Positions 10,121 through 23,470 of a stretch of DNA of 64,000 nucleotides are shown piece by piece. Made by a program: the position numbers and the translations under genes. Below the pieces are notes generated by a model. The model did no database searches and was not told where the DNA came from. It was given only the letters and a program-made list of their open reading frames with translations. Source of the stretch: Macrostomum hystrix (taxonomy: Eukaryota; Animalia; Platyhelminthes); NCBI GenBank assembly GCA_950097015.1, contig CATNEN010000001.1:9362001-9426000 (forward strand). Direction: 5' to 3'. Positions within the stretch are counted from its first letter, which is position 1; the number at the start of each line of letters is the position of its first letter.

Positions 10121-11834
10121 AAGTCATCCAATATCTCTTGAAGTTATCCGATATCTCCTGAAGTCATTCAGTATCTCCATCTCCTGAAGGCATCCAATAT
10201 CTCCTGAAGTCATTCACTATCTCCTGAAGTCATTCAATACCTCCTGAAGTCATCCAATATCTCTTGAAGTCATTCACTATCTCCTGAAGTCATTCAATAC
10301 CTCCTGAAGTCATCCAATATCTACTGAAGTCGTCCAATATCTCCTGAAGTCATCCAATATCTCCTAAAGTCATACAATATCTACTGAAGTCATCCAGTAT
10401 CTCCTGAAGTCATTCACTATCTCCTGAAGTCATTCAATAACTCCTGAAGTCATTCAATAACTCCTGAAGTCATCCAATATCTCTTGAAGTCATTCAGTAT
10501 CTCCTGAAGTCAGTATCTTCTGAAGTCATTCACTATCTCCTGAAGTCATCCAATATCTCCTGAAGTCATCTAATTTCTTCTAAAGTCATCCAATATCTTC
10601 TAAAGCCATTAAATAACTCCTGAAGTCATTCAGTATCTCCTGAAGTCATTTACTATTTCCTGAAGTCATTAAGTATCTCCTAAAGTCATCCAATATCTCT
10701 TGAAGTCATTCACTATCTCCTGAAGTCAGTATTTTCTTAAGTCATTCACTATCTCCTGAAGTCATTCAGTATATCCTGAAGGCATCCAGTATCTCCTGAA
10801 GTCAGTATCTTCTGAAGTCATTCACTATCTCCTCCTCACTACCTCCTGAAGGCATCCAGTATCTCCTGAAGGCATCCAGTATCTCCTGAAGGCATCCAGT
10901 ATCTCCTGAACTGATTCACAATTACATAACTCATAACTAATTGTAGTTCTAATTGAGCTTAAGCGAACTGTTGCGAGAGGTACGGAGTTCGTATCTCAAC
11001 CCAATTTCTGGGTTAGAAATGTTGATAGTTGTGACGATCATGTGACAGTGTACACTTCTTGTAATTAGTTTATAATTTGCAAATAAAGTAACAAACAACA
11101 CTTCGAAATTTGGATTCCTTAAATGAGTCCAAGAAAAAGTAATGCAAAGAGATCGAATTTATTTCACTTAGGAGAATAAAAATTGAAATCACTAAAGCAA
11201 ACCTTTCTAAGTTACTTAAGGCCAGCACAGATAGTTAAATACTAAAATGATAGAAAGAAAAATTGTGTTTCGAATTTTACTGAGTAGTAGGTAAAACATT
11301 TTTTCACTTTTCTAATTTTAGTGCACTGGGAAGCTATAAAATAGCTGATTTTTAACAAACTTGACGAAGCGTATTGTTTGAATTGATAATAGAAAAAACA
11401 CCGAATAAAACAAAGACTTAAAACAGAAAAACACTCAGTGGCAGCTGAAATGGGCAGAGAAAAATGGTAAGGAGTAAAATTAAAAAACAGATAAAACAAA
11501 ATGATATACTGCATACAGAAAAATAGGATAACTTCTCATATATGCAAACTGCAACCTTAAAGCTTACCTTTTTCATTGAGATCATTCAGGATAAATTAAT
11601 AAAAAATAGAGATTGCCATTTAATAAAAATAGACGTTTAAATGACCAAACAACTACTGGCCTAATCGCGAGTTTTAACTAATTAGAAAGTTACAACGATT
11701 AGCGCATTCTGATTTTACTACTTATAACGGGCAACACACTAAGTAGTATAGTAGCGCTTTTTAAGTGCCAAATATTTTTCAACCCTCAACTAGTTTTTTA
11801 TTAGAAAAAAGAGCGATTTTGTACTCAATTGAAA

Positions 11835-14800
11835 TCAGTGAGACTCTGCGATAATGGCGGATTCCAAATCACCGCCAGCGTCTGGTGCCGCTTTGTCGGA
11901 CACTTTCGATTCGTTCAGCATAGCTGGGACGTCGTTTGGTTTGACCGCAACGATTGGCTTGATAATAGCCGGTGTCAGAATCATTGTGGGGCTTGCAGCT
12001 GGAAGACAATTTGCATGTCAGTTGTGAGAGGCGAACTCATCTCTCATCTCTCTTCTGTCTCATCTCTCCCGTGTCTCATCTCTCTTATGTCTCATCTCTC
12101 CCGTGTCTCATCTCTCCCGTATCTCATCTCTCCCGTGTCTCATCTCTCCTATGTCTCATCTCTCCCTTGTCTCATCTCTCTTATGTCTCATCTCTCCCGT
12201 GTCTCATCTCTCCCGTATCTCATCTCTCCCGTGTCTCATCTCTCCCTTGTCTCATCTCTCCCTTATATTATCTCTCCCTTGTCTCATCTCTCCCTTGTCT
12301 CATCTCTCCCGTGTCTCATCTCTCCCTTGTCTCATCTCTCCCGTGTCTCATCTCTCCCGTGTCTCATCTCTCCCTTTTCTCATCTCTCCCGTGTCTCATC
12401 TCTCCCTTTTCTCATCTCTCCCTTGTCTCATCTCTCCCGTGTCTCATCTCTCCTATGTCTCATCTCTCCTGTGTCTCATCTCTCCCTTGTCTCATCTCTC
12501 CCTTGTCTCATCTCTCCCGTATCTCATCTATCCTGTGTCTCATCTCCCCCGTGTCTTATCTCATCCCGCATCTCCTGCATCTAATCTCTCCAATGTTTCC
12601 GCTCTCCCGTGTCTCATGTTTTCTATGTCTCATCTCTACCACGTCTCGCCTATCTCAAATCTAGTCGGTTAATCTACAATTGATCGAAAAAAAAACTTGC
12701 AAGCAAAGCAGAACCAACCAGTATTAGCCGCAGCCGGAGCAGAGCAGCCAGTCTCGCAGTCGTGTGAATCAATCTGTCGCAGCATATTGGCATTGTTGTT
12801 ACCCTCCTGTACGGGAGTGGCCAGATTAAACAGTCGATACCTGGGCTCACCAGACACTTCGCGTTGAATAGTTAGGAAAGGCGGAAAGCTCAATTCTTCG
12901 GGCGCCTTGGCCGAAAAGGTCTCCAGCAGAATAAGTCCGCTGGCAGCTGGAGGGCATCGGTCTCTATCGAACGAGTCCAACTGATAATAATGATCGTTCC
13001 ATAGGAAAGTGCAGCGGCTCTTGTAGATGGCTAGATGGTCGCGACTAGCTTGCGTGTGCAGCAACAGCTGATAGGTTTGACGGCTCAACGGACGTTTAGT
13101 CTCAACAATCTGCTGCTTACCGTCTGCGGTATTGCTACGATAGCGAGTGGTGTGGACGTAGGTGAAGTCCTGGTCAGTGCTCTGGCGGCTGCGAATGCGC
13201 GAGTGCTCGGAGCAGGAGATCGAACCGGCTAGGAAGCGGTTCTCAACGTGGAATTTGTGCATCTTGATCTGCAAGGGACGTTGCGGTGGCAGTGACGTAG
13301 TTCGGGAGTGACGTAGTTTGGGAGTGACGCAGTTTGGGAGTGACGTAGTTTGGGAGTGACGTAGTTTGGGAGTGACGCAGTTTGGGAGTGACGTAGTTTG
13401 GGAGTGACGTAGTTTGGGAGTGACGTAGTTTGGGAGTGACGTAGTTTGGGAGTGACGTAGTTTGGGAGTGACGTAGTTTGGGAGTGACGCAGTTTGGGAG
13501 TGACGTAGTTTGGGAGTGACGTAGTTTGGGAGTGACGTAGTTTGGGAGTGACGTAGTTTGGGAGTGACGTAGTTTGGGAGTGACGTAGTTTGGGAGTGAC
13601 GTAGTTTGGGAGTGACGCAGTTTGGGAGTGACGTAGTTTGGGAGTGACGCAGTTTGGGAGTGACGTAGTTTGGGAGTGACGTAGTTTGGGAGTGACGTAG
13701 TTTGGGAGTGACGTAGTTTGGGAGTGACGTAGTTTGGGAGTGACGTAGTTTGGGAGTGACGCAGTTTGGGAGTGACGCAGTTTGAAAGTGACGCAGTTTG
13801 GGAGTGACATAGTTTAAGAGTGAAGTAGCTTGGAGTGACGTTGTTTAGCAGTGACGTTGCTTGGAGTGACATTTTAGGAGTGAAGTAGCTTGGAGCGACA
13901 TTTTAGGAGTGAAGTAGCTTGGAGTGACATAGTTTAGGAGTGACGTAGCTTGGAGTGACATGGTTTAGGAGTGACGTAGCTTCTAGCAACATAGTTGAGG
14001 ATTTCAGGCCAGGTACTAACATTCTCCAGGCAAGGATGGTTCCAGTCGATCTCTCCAACCAGGAAGCGCAGTTTTCTAGACTTGAACGACAGCCGGTCGG
14101 AGGCGTCGATGCCGATCCGGTCGCAGATGCACTGCATCATGCGCCTCAGCTTGTCCTCGAAGTCGGTGGAATTATCGATGACGTCATAGTAGGGATGGCC
14201 GACCCAGGCGTTGGCAACTTGTTCGTCGATTTGAATGGCGTTATCGATCGATTCGTGACGGGTAGCGTGGCCGGAAACGCTGTAGTACTGAGAGGCTCCC
14301 TTAGCAACGCTGACCATGTGGATTACCTGGACGGTCGAATGGGATCGATTACTAACTAGAAATAGGTAAATTTTAGCTAAAAGCAGAGAAAGGTTAACAA
14401 AAAACTAATGAGGATTAAGTAGAATCAGGTGAGGATTAGCTAGAATCAGGTGAGGATTAACTAGAATCAGGTGAGGATTAACTAGAACCAGGTGAGGATA
14501 AGCTATAGACTCAGGTGAGGATTAACTAGAATCAGGTGAGGATTAACTAGAATCAGGTGAGGATTAACTAGAATCAGGTGAGGATTAACTAGAATCAGGT
14601 GAGGATTAACTAGAACCAGGTGAGGATAAGCTATAGACTCAGGTGAGGATTAACTAGAATCAGGTGAGGATTAACTAGAATCAGGTGAGGATTAACTAGA
14701 ATCAGATGAGGATTAACTAGAATCAGGTGAGGATTAACTAGAATCAGGTGAGGATTAACTAGAATCAGATGAGGATTAACTAGAATCAGGTGAGGATTAA

Positions 14801-16244
14801 CTAGAATCAGATGAGGATTAGCTAGAATCAGGTGAGGATTAACTAGAATCAGATGAGGATTAGCTAGAATCAGGTGAGGATTAGGAAAAAATCTATGAGA
14901 AGCAATTGCCAACCTGATTGTATCGCTTATCCCTTAGTTCAGTCTCCTTCCAGCCTTCCTCTTCGCGAGCTCTATCCCACTGTCCTGGCAGCATGTAGGC
15001 TGTGGAGTCCATAACTCCACGATCGCAGACAATCATGACCCGATCGTTACTATCGGCGATGGCCAAATCGTCGAAGGTTTTTTCGACTTGCATCATGCCA
15101 AAGATGAGATTCTTCTGAAACTGATAGATAGTCTCCTCGTTTAGCTCCGTGAACACCATGCCGCCGCTGAAATGGAGACAAATCATAGTTTGTCATTTTT
15201 AAAAGGCAGTGCCAATTTTCACGATACTCTACTATAAAATGGCTGGTAAGTAGTAAGTAACGAAGCCGCAGGATTTTATTAGGAAAAAACATAAAGGTAG
15301 CTTGGAGTGAAATAGTTTAAGAATGACGTAGCTTGGAGTGACGTATCTAGGAGTGAGAGTTTGGGAGTGACGTTGCTTGGAGTAAAATAGTTTGGGAGTG
15401 ACGTTGCTTGGAGTGAAATAGTTTGGAAGTGACGTAGCTTGGAGTGAAATAGTTTGGGAGTGACGTTGCTTGGAGTGAAATAGTTTGGGAGTGACGTAGC
15501 TTGGAGTGAAATAGTTTGGGAGTGACGTTGCTTGGAGCGACATAGTTGAAGAGTGACGTAGCTTGGAGTGACATAGTTTAGGAGTGACGTAGCTTGGAGT
15601 GACATAGTTGAAGAGTGACGTAGCTTGGAGTGACATAGTTTAGGAGTGACGTAGCTTGGAGTGAAATAGTTTGGGAGTAACGTAGCTTGGAGTGACATAG
15701 TTGGAGAGTGACGTAGCTTGGAGTGACATAGTTGGAGAGTGACGTAGCTTGGAGTGACATAGTTGGAGAGTGACGTAGCTTGGAGCGACATAGTTGAAGA
15801 GTGACGTAGCTTGGAGTGACATAGTTGAAGAGTGACGTAGCTTGGAGTGACATAGTTGAAGAGTGACTTAGCTTGGAGTGACATAGTTTAGGAGTGACGT
15901 AGCTTGGAGTGACATAGTTGGAGAGTGACGTAGCTTGGAGCGACATAGTTGGAGAGTGACGTAGCTTGGAGTGACGCAGCTTGGAGTGACATAGTTTGAG
16001 AAATACGTAGCTTGGAGTGACATCGTTAGGGAGTGACGTAAGAAACGAAGCCATGGGATTATAAGGAAAATTACCTCATAAAGGTGTAAGCCAGTTCGCT
16101 GACCCGGTAGACTTTCCAGCCGAGAGTTTGAAAGAAGTTAGTAATCCTGGCTAGGCTAGTTGTCTTGCCGCCGCACGGCCCCCCGGTTAGCACCACCTTG
16201 TAGATCTGCTTCTTTTTTACACTGCTGCTGGCGTCGTGGTTCAT
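11835..16244 (-). CDS. Ttd14: TRPL translocation defect protein 14 homolog (P-loop AAA_28-type NTPase + CYTH-like domain)
   Basis: Exons 16244-16075, 15166-14914, 14326-14021, 13268-12719 and 11998-11835 have compatible phases. Motifs [49 protein letters not shown] and [13 protein letters not shown]. Possible 5'UTR intron ~16301-16984. Confidence 0.85.
12035..12650. repeat. 16-bp satellite (TGTCTCATCTCTCCCG), filling Ttd14 intron 4
   Basis: Direct tandem units. Confidence 0.92.
13290..13985. repeat. 16-bp minisatellite (GTAGTTTGGGAGTGAC), Ttd14 intron 3
   Basis: Direct tandem units. Confidence 0.92.
14405..14885. repeat. 21-bp minisatellite (CTAGAATCAGGTGAGGATTAA), Ttd14 intron 2
   Basis: Direct tandem units. 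Confidence 0.92.
15295..16040. repeat. 15+16-bp higher-order minisatellite (GAGTGACGTAGCTTG / GAGTGACATAGTTTAG), Ttd14 intron 1
   Basis: Alternating subunits, related to the intron 3 array. Confidence 0.9.
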
Positions 16245-16574
16245 TTTGGCTTCGGATTTTGTTGTTTTGTTTAATTACAAACAGTCAAATTAATCAAACC
16301 TGCTGAAATATATGGTGATGTTATTATGTGTTTGGCTAAGTTTGACATTATGTTGATCTATATTCGTATCAACAGGGCAGATAGAATGCACGTTGGCTCA
16401 AAAAGAATGTGTCCCAAGTCAGCGAAATTTGAGTAGCATATAGCTTGTCTCGTCTTACGCCTAAATATAGCCGAACGGATGAGATATATGTCCTAATTTG
16501 AACTGGGTTGGAATTTTCCATGAGAAAAATTCTGTTCTGTTCCGATTTCTTAAATAGACTGTTGCGTAGCTTAC

Positions 16575-16925
16575 ACAGCTGTATAATACGGAATGGCACA
16601 TCAGTTTGTGACCCGTAGACCCGCACCCAGAAAGGAGGCAATTCTGCCTATTTCGCTGACTCCTGAGAAAACACGCACACAGATACCTTACACTCATGCA
16701 CACACTCAGGTGTGTACATATGCCCTTTGACTTTCTCATCGTCGGGCAGTGTACACTCTCACTGTGCCTTGGAGGTTGGCCCTCAAGGGCGTAAATTGCA
16801 TGACAAGCCCCCAAGCCTTCTCTCCGCGGCAGCGGCCCAAATGAATGTGGCCTCTCCGCGGAATCGAGCTTAGGGACCTCGGTGCGAGAGGAAAACGCGT
16901 TAGAACGCTCTGCCATTGACCCCCA
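16575..16925 (-). mobile_element. SINE family 1, near full-length copy
   Basis: Minus strand reads GGGGTCAATGGCAGAGCGTTCTAACG...AAGCTCGATTCCGCGGAGAGGCCACATTCAT followed by the full body. Confidence 0.75.
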
Positions 16926-17583
16926 GGAAAATATATATTTATAATTTATGGAAAATTTGTCGTCATCTAAAAACTATGACTTACCTGTAAGATTCTCTTT
17001 AAAAAACTACAGAAAAGATACGCAAAAATTGAAGTGAAGAAAACCTGGGTGCCGCTCGATAGAATTCTACATAAAATACAGACTAACATAGGCGTTAACT
17101 TTGATAGCCAATGAACGAAGGCCATTTAGTTTACCAAATGATAGACCCTGCAAAAATCTGCCTGACGACGCGTTAAAAGTGCAACGCAATGTACACAAAC
17201 CTGTACAGTGTGTGCATGTGTTACTAGACACAGCAAAATTCCATCATAAAAATTATTGATTAAGAAAAGAATTAAGTCGCTAATAATATCATTTTGTCCA
17301 AATGATAGAAATCTTGCATTATAAACGTGCTATATAATTTAAAATGCAAACCTTCAGCTTGATGCAAATGCAATGCAAACGAATTTTAGTGCACTTTTTA
17401 ATTATTTAACATGAAATGCGCAGCGGTGCATAGCGGGGAACTTGTAAATTAAAATTAATTTTGACCTTCACCGAAAAATGTGTACAGCATAAGAAGCTTT
17501 ATTTTCAATTAGTAACATATACACTCTACCTACTTAAAGTAGTTTAATTTCGCCAAAATCATTAACGACAAAATAATGAAATT

Positions 17584-20318
17584 TTAGTACGGCTTCGAAC
17601 CAGTCGTCAAGGCTGTAAAACGATTAGCGGTGCGAGTGAGCAAGACTAGACTGGCTGCTATGCCGCCAATGCTAACACCAACTACCCTAGTTGTGATCCA
17701 ATAGTCGCTTAATAGTCGCACAGCTCTACTAAGATTGGTTTTATCGGCTGACAGTAAACAGGCCCGACCGGTGCCAGGAACGCAGCACTTGGCCATAGAC
17801 AAGAGTGCGGCTGGATACAGGCTAAAATTTTCTCGCTTAGAGCCCAGACGCTTGCCAAATGGTAAATCGGCTAGAAGGACATCCACAGTAGCCGGTCGTA
17901 GGGGAAATTTACGCAGATCCCAGCGCACCAAATCAACAGCCGGTCGTTGCTGCCAACGCTTGCACCAGTTCTGAATGTTGGTCAAAGATTTCTCTAAAGC
18001 AATCTGATGACAATCACCGGCAAAGTGCCAACAATCTGGATGAGTTGTCCAAGCCTCCACAGGTATGCTACCGCTGCCGCACATCGCATCGCAAACGATG
18101 TCACCTGGCTGCAGTTGGCACAGACGGATCATTCCAGCGGCTATGGTAGATCGCAGGGCCGTACTGCCGAGCTCGATTAGTTGACCGCGAAAGTCCATGC
18201 AGACGCGGTTTAATGATAGGCACAATCGCACTATCGGACCCTCTATCCATAGTACGACCTGGGCGAATAATCAAACAAAATCAACATTAGTTTTAACTGA
18301 AGCAAAGCGTAGGAATCGAACCCCAGACATAATTCAGACCTAATTAACGTCAAGTCCCATGAACCGTTAAGAACATCACATCCCATAAACCCGTGAGAAA
18401 ATCATATCCCATGAACCCGTGAATAAATCACACCCCATGAACCAGTGAGAACATCACATCCCATGAACCCGTGAATAAATCACACCCCATGAACCAGTGA
18501 GAACATCACATCCCATGAACCCGTGAATAAATCACACCCCATGAACCGGTGAGAACATCACATCCCATGAACCCGTGAATAAATCACACCCCATGAACCG
18601 GTGAGAACATCAAATCCCATGAACCCGTGAGAACATCAAATTCCCTTCATGATATTAAAAAAATCGAACCTCAACGTCGAAATTTTTCAAATCAACATTC
18701 CAGCCAAAGTAGTCCTGAACAGCTGCGCCAACAGCTGCCGCGGCCTCCATGGACTGGAAGGAATGACCCGAGCCGGCGCGATAGCAGGTGCAACGAAAGC
18801 TTAACCTGTCAGGAACTCTGTCAGGGGAGCAAGACTTGTCAACTGGCTCATCCTGATCTGTCGAAGGCTTAACTCGACCGTCCCTATCGATAACAGGTTT
18901 ATCTCTAGTTAACTCATAATCCGGCAGTGGCTGATGATCAATAAACCGTATCTGGCTGTGACGCCCATCTGGCTCGTAGAATAGAGCCCTCCAGGCGTCC
19001 ATGGCCAGCTTCCAGTCGGCTTTAGGCACCAGATCGATTAGACGATCGAGAGATTCGATCTGAAAGTTTTATGTCAATTCAAAAATTCACATCAAAATGA
19101 CAGTCGACCGGCAGCTAGCTGACTCGTGAGCACACGCGTACGGAAGTATTGTAAATCATGACCGGACTATTTTATTGTCACGTATTGCCAAACCGAACTG
19201 TTTCTTGGGAGTCAGACTTTAACAGTAGAAATACAACAGGGGTATTTCAAATACCCACATTCATTCAATCAATCGCCATGAAAATTCAGAACACAGGCTA
19301 AAATTTTCCGCTCTATCCAATGAAACAACTTCCAGAGTCACAAAACATCTGCATTGTCGAGATATTCAACGATTCTCGTCGGGGCAATAGTTTTTCTGCT
19401 CACAAAATTTCTTCATGGAACTAATATTGTTAATTATGTTTTAACCAAAATGGATTTGCCATTGATGCAGAGCAATGCTCGTTGTCCTTTGTCACCAGGG
19501 TCTTCGAAAAAAATCGCTGAATATCTCGACGATGTTGACTCTACCATCCTCCGCAGCTATCAGCACCGCCTTAACCCTGAGGTCGAAGACTCCTGACCTG
19601 ACTGCGACGAGCCAGGCCACACTACTTCACATCTTCAGGTGCAATGCCAGGCCTACGGAGCTCACGTTAGAAAACCTCTGGACCGATCCTGTTAAGGCCG
19701 CCATCTTCCTGAAACTACCGACGAGCGAGATAGAGTGCGAGCGTCCCGAACTAGCCTAGAGGAAGGCTACAATACACACGATGTTGACGTCGGACGGCTT
19801 TGAAAGTTAAGTTCATCGTAAAGAGCGGAAAATGTTGATCCATTTTCGGTGGACTATCACGAAAATCGGTCATTCGGATTCGGATTTGAAATAGCCCGGT
19901 GGTCGTTTCCCAGGGGAAAAATAGCGCTGTCTTTGACTTCAACTTCGTAAATAAAAACAAATGCAGAACATAGTTTTATACACACTTTGTCGAGTTTAGC
20001 ATCTGAGTCGGCGGCATCAGCAACAGCGGTATCGACTCTATCAAACGGTCGGCACTCGTAAAATACCAAGAAATGATTGGCTGGCATTCTTAAATTTAAC
20101 ATGCGCTGCAGGACATCAACTTGTTCAGACTCGCAGGACAAGGCACTGGATTCTAGATGGCAGAGTAAGCGACCTCGACTGGCATCAACTGAACGAACGC
20201 CCACACTTGCCAGACTCTCTAGTGCTTCATCGCGAGCTAGCTCTTCCAGTCCGGGCGGACATGTGCACCAGAATTTTATTGTTTGCTGGTCAGTTTCAAC
20301 TGATGACACTGACGACAT
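17584..20318 (-). CDS. THUMPD3: THUMP-domain tRNA m2G methyltransferase (THUMPD3/Trm14-like)
   Basis: Exons 20318-19986, 19059-18670 and 18258-17584. Motifs TCPPGLEELARDE, SFRCTCYRAG.GHSFQSMEAA...GAAVQDYFGWNVDLKNFDVEV, TALRSTIA, CDAMCGSGSIPVE and DLPFGKR. Confidence 0.85.
18355..18645. repeat. 26-bp minisatellite (CCCATGAACCCGTGAGAACATCACAT), THUMPD3 intron 2
   Basis: Direct tandem units. Confidence 0.88.
19237..19899. mobile_element. Non-autonomous DNA transposon (MITE-like) interrupted by a LINE fragment
   Basis: Imperfect TIRs CAGGGGTATTTCAAAT / ATTTGAAATAGCCCGG (14/16). The internal sequence recurs inverted at ~24610-24920. No TSD seen. Confidence 0.55.
19540..19777 (+). mobile_element. 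5'-truncated LINE 3' end (I/Ingi-group-like ORF2 C-terminus)
   Basis: Decayed LRSYQHRLNPEVEDS*PDCDEPGHTTSHL/FRCNARPTELTLENLWTDPVKAAIFL (CCHC finger + LWxxP). Tail GGCTACAATAC. 11-bp TSD ACGATGTTGAC at 19529-19539 and 19778-19788. Confidence 0.75.
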
Positions 20319-20407
20319 GCTGAAGCTGAATAACATAATAGGTGAGAAGGTAATCCGATCCTACTACTTGTAGATAGAAATAGAGGCTAGAAATTACACC
20401 CAAGCAC

Positions 20408-20690
20408 AGGGGATGAGTGGCAAAGCGGTCTGACGCCTTTACCACTCGCGCCAACGTCCCTGAGCTCGATTCCGCGGCGAGGCTAAATTAATTTGGGGGG
20501 GGGGGAGGCTAACCTCCAAGGCACAGTGAAAGTGTACACTGCCTGACCGATGAGAAAGTAAGAGAGGATGTACACACCTGTGTGAGCATGAGTGTGTGCT
20601 CAGGAGTCAGCGAAATGTGCTCGCTGGCTGCGGGTCCAGTGTCGCCAAATTATGTGCCATTACCCGCAGCCCTCATGCAATTATTATATA
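20408..20690 (+). mobile_element. SINE family 1 copy
   Basis: GGGGATGAGTGGCAAAGCGG...GAGCTCGATTCCGCGGCGAGGC followed by the family body. Confidence 0.7.
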
Positions 20691-21331
20691 TCATTATTTT
20701 TATACACCTAGTCCAGTTGCCCTAGATGTACAGTCTGCGGACTGTGAAGGCTGTCACACCCCACCCTAATAAATGATTGGTACCAATTTTAAGCTACCTA
20801 GTTAGGTGTATCTTTAACAACCACTGAATTCAGTTATTTTTAATCAATAGTTTTATCTATGGCCTAACTAAAGGCTTAAGAACATTTGAAATAAAGAAAA
20901 AAACGATTAAAGTAAACGACATTAGATATTTTATATTGCATTTTATTAAAGTCAGCGACTAATGCGTATTTATTTACCGTTCCGGCAAAAAGATTATTAT
21001 CCTAGAGATCATTTTATTATTTTAACATAATAAAATTATGGAATTCGACCTTATGCACCACACGTGTATATATTAAATTATAGTTTAGCTCACAAATATG
21101 TAAAATAAGTAGGCTTTATGCACGATAAAGTACATAATAGTCGATAGATGCACATTTACGGTAGTAAGTTTTCTGTATTTAGTTTCATACTTTGAAACTG
21201 TTGAACACAATCTAATTAGTAATTGCCATGATGCACACAAGAACACTAATATTTTGTTGTTAGAAGACCAAAATTTTCACAATTTGATGAAGCAAACAAT
21301 TAAGTTGGTCGTAAAACCTGTCGCTAGCTAC

Positions 21332-21781
21332 CTACATGCCGTTACCAGCGTGACAATGATCATAGACAATGATCCACAATACTAGGAACGATGCAAACGA
21401 GGTCATCAGTCCTTCTTTGAGAATTTCACCGAGGCCGCCGTACTCCTCTTCGTCTACACTTTGAAATAGGCTGGTGTAGGCATAGACTAGGGCGCAGTTG
21501 ATCAGGAAAAACAGTGCTAGACCGGCGATACCTTTTAGAGGCAGAAGGCCCCAGACTAGGCCAAGCAGAGCTGACAGTATCTGTCTCTGCCAATAGACGA
21601 CGTCCAATAATTCGTCTTTACTAGTCCAATCAGCTTTTGGTCGGATTGATCTGGAAAAAGTTTCCGCTATAGTTGGCTTCTTGGTCGACGATGAGGCGTC
21701 GGAGGCTGTGCCGCTGCCGCTGATGTCGCTAGAGCCGCCTCCGCCGCGATGCCTAGTCGATGCGCTTGAACTGGCGGTCAT
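21332..21781 (-). CDS. RAB5IF: RAB5-interacting factor / C20orf24 (OPTI, EMC6-like family), single coding exon
   Basis: WTSKDELLDVVYWQRQILSALLGLVWGLLPLKGIAG...DEEEYGG..EILKEGLMTSFASFLVLWIIVY. Confidence 0.92.
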   Translation of the reverse strand: MTASSSASTRHRGGGGSSDISGSGTASDASSSTKKPTIAETFSRSIRPKADWTSKDELLDVVYWQRQILSALLGLVWGLLPLKGIAGLALFFLINCALVYAYTSLFQSVDEEEYGGLGEILKEGLMTSFASFLVLWIIVYDHCHAGNGM

Positions 21782-21817
21782 TGTATTCTGCTGAGCTGAA
21801 ATTTAATTAGAATCTGA

Positions 21818-22150
21818 GTCACAGACTGTCTATGGAAAAAACTGTCGAAAATACTTTCAACTTAGGAATATCAAGACTAGCTGTCACTGGCGGCAATCAG
21901 AGACCGACTATGGTAGAAACTGTCGAAAATACGTACAATTAAAGAACATCAATAGAGTGGCTGCCAGAGGCGACAGTCACATACTGTCTATGGTAAAAAC
22001 TGTCGGAATATCGTTTTCACTTTTAAGAACATCAATAGAGTGGCTGCCAGAGGCGACAGTCACATACTGTCTATGGTAAAAACTGTCGAAACTACATTCA
22101 ATTAAAGAATGCCAATGGACTGGTTTAATGACAGACACTATAGAAACTAG
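21818..22150. repeat. Degenerate ~70-bp tandem duplication upstream of RAB5IF
   Basis: CTGTCTATGG(T)AAAAACTGTCG(G/A)A...AAGAACATCAATAGAGTGGCTGCC recurs about 4 times. Confidence 0.7.
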
Positions 22151-22699
22151 TTTAGCTATTCGCATTTGATTAAATCGTTAGGTTGGATTCATTACAGAAC
22201 ACGGCCCACAGCTAAAAGTACAAAGCTGCTACAGTATAGGAAAGGTTGAAACGGAATTAGCAAATGCCACGAAGCCTACTAGTAGTTAGATACAATCTGC
22301 ACTGTTTTACAGTCAGTCTCGAGTTAAATATCGGGCTAACCCTAAGCAACAGGCGCGCACATTTACCTTCTTTTAGTTTCAAGACGACTAAACTGAACTC
22401 CTATCACAATTTTGTACTGGATCTAGGAAACGTGCAAAGAAATTTAACTGAAAAAGGACACTGTATATTGATCGGAATTATGTTATTTATTGCGAAAATC
22501 ATAGAAACAAATCACATGGCGCTTAGTATTAAAACTTGGGGAAGAGGGCAAAAAACAACAGGCAAAGTCAACAAATAAATCAATAAAATTCGGCGAATCA
22601 ATTAAAAATCGAATGTTTCCATTTAAACAAAATATTAGCACAATAATCTTACCTAGGTAAGAAATCGTAGCTAGAATCGAAGAAGTAATCAAGTGTAGA

Positions 22700-23470
22700 C
22701 AAGGAATTAAAGGTGGAATCTAAGAAGGAATCGGACCTAGAGAAGGAATTGAAGTTTGATTTTAAGAAGGAATCGTAGCTATAATTAAAGAAGGAATCGA
22801 ACCTAGAGACGGAATCGTACCTAGTGAAGGAATCGAAATAAGAATCGAAGATGACATCTAGGAGGGAATCGAAGCTAGAATCGAAGAAGGAATCGAAGCT
22901 AGAATCTAAGAAGGAATCGAAGCTAGAATCTAAGAAGGAATCGAAGCTAGAATCTAAGAAAGAAATCGAAGCTAGAAACTAAGAATGAATGAAAGCTAGA
23001 ATCGAAGAAGGAATCGAAGCTAGAATCTAAGAAGGAATCGAAGCTAGAATCTAAGAAAGAAATCGAAGCTAGAAACTAAGAATGAATGAAAGCTAGAATC
23101 TAAGAAGGAATCGAAGCTAGAATCTAAGAAGGAATCGAAACTAGAATCTAAGAAAGAAATCGAAGCTAGAAACTAAGAATGAATGAAAGCTAGAATCGTA
23201 GAAGGAATCGAAGCTAGAATCGAAGGAGGAATCAAAGCTAGAATCGAAGAAGGAATCGAAGCTAGAATCGAAGCTAGAATCGAAGAAGGAATCGAAGCTA
23301 GAATATAGTAGCAATCGAAGCTATAATCTAGCAGGGAATCTAAGAAGGAATCGAAGCTAGAATCGAAGAAGGAATCGAAGCTAGAATCTAAGAAGGAATC
23401 GAAGCTAGAATCGAAAAAAACGAAGGAATCTAGCTTATAATTTAAGATGGAATCGAAGTCAGAATCTGAT
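22700..23470. repeat. ~24-bp minisatellite (GAAGGAATCGAAGCTAGAATCTAA), intergenic
   Basis: Direct tandem units. Confidence 0.9.

Larger units (their letters stand above)
4915..10912. repeat. 20-bp minisatellite (GAAGTCATTCACTATCTCCT) split by the LTR element: arms ~4915-5025 and 10121-~10912
   Basis: The same unit continues in register on both sides of the retrotransposon. Confidence 0.9.
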
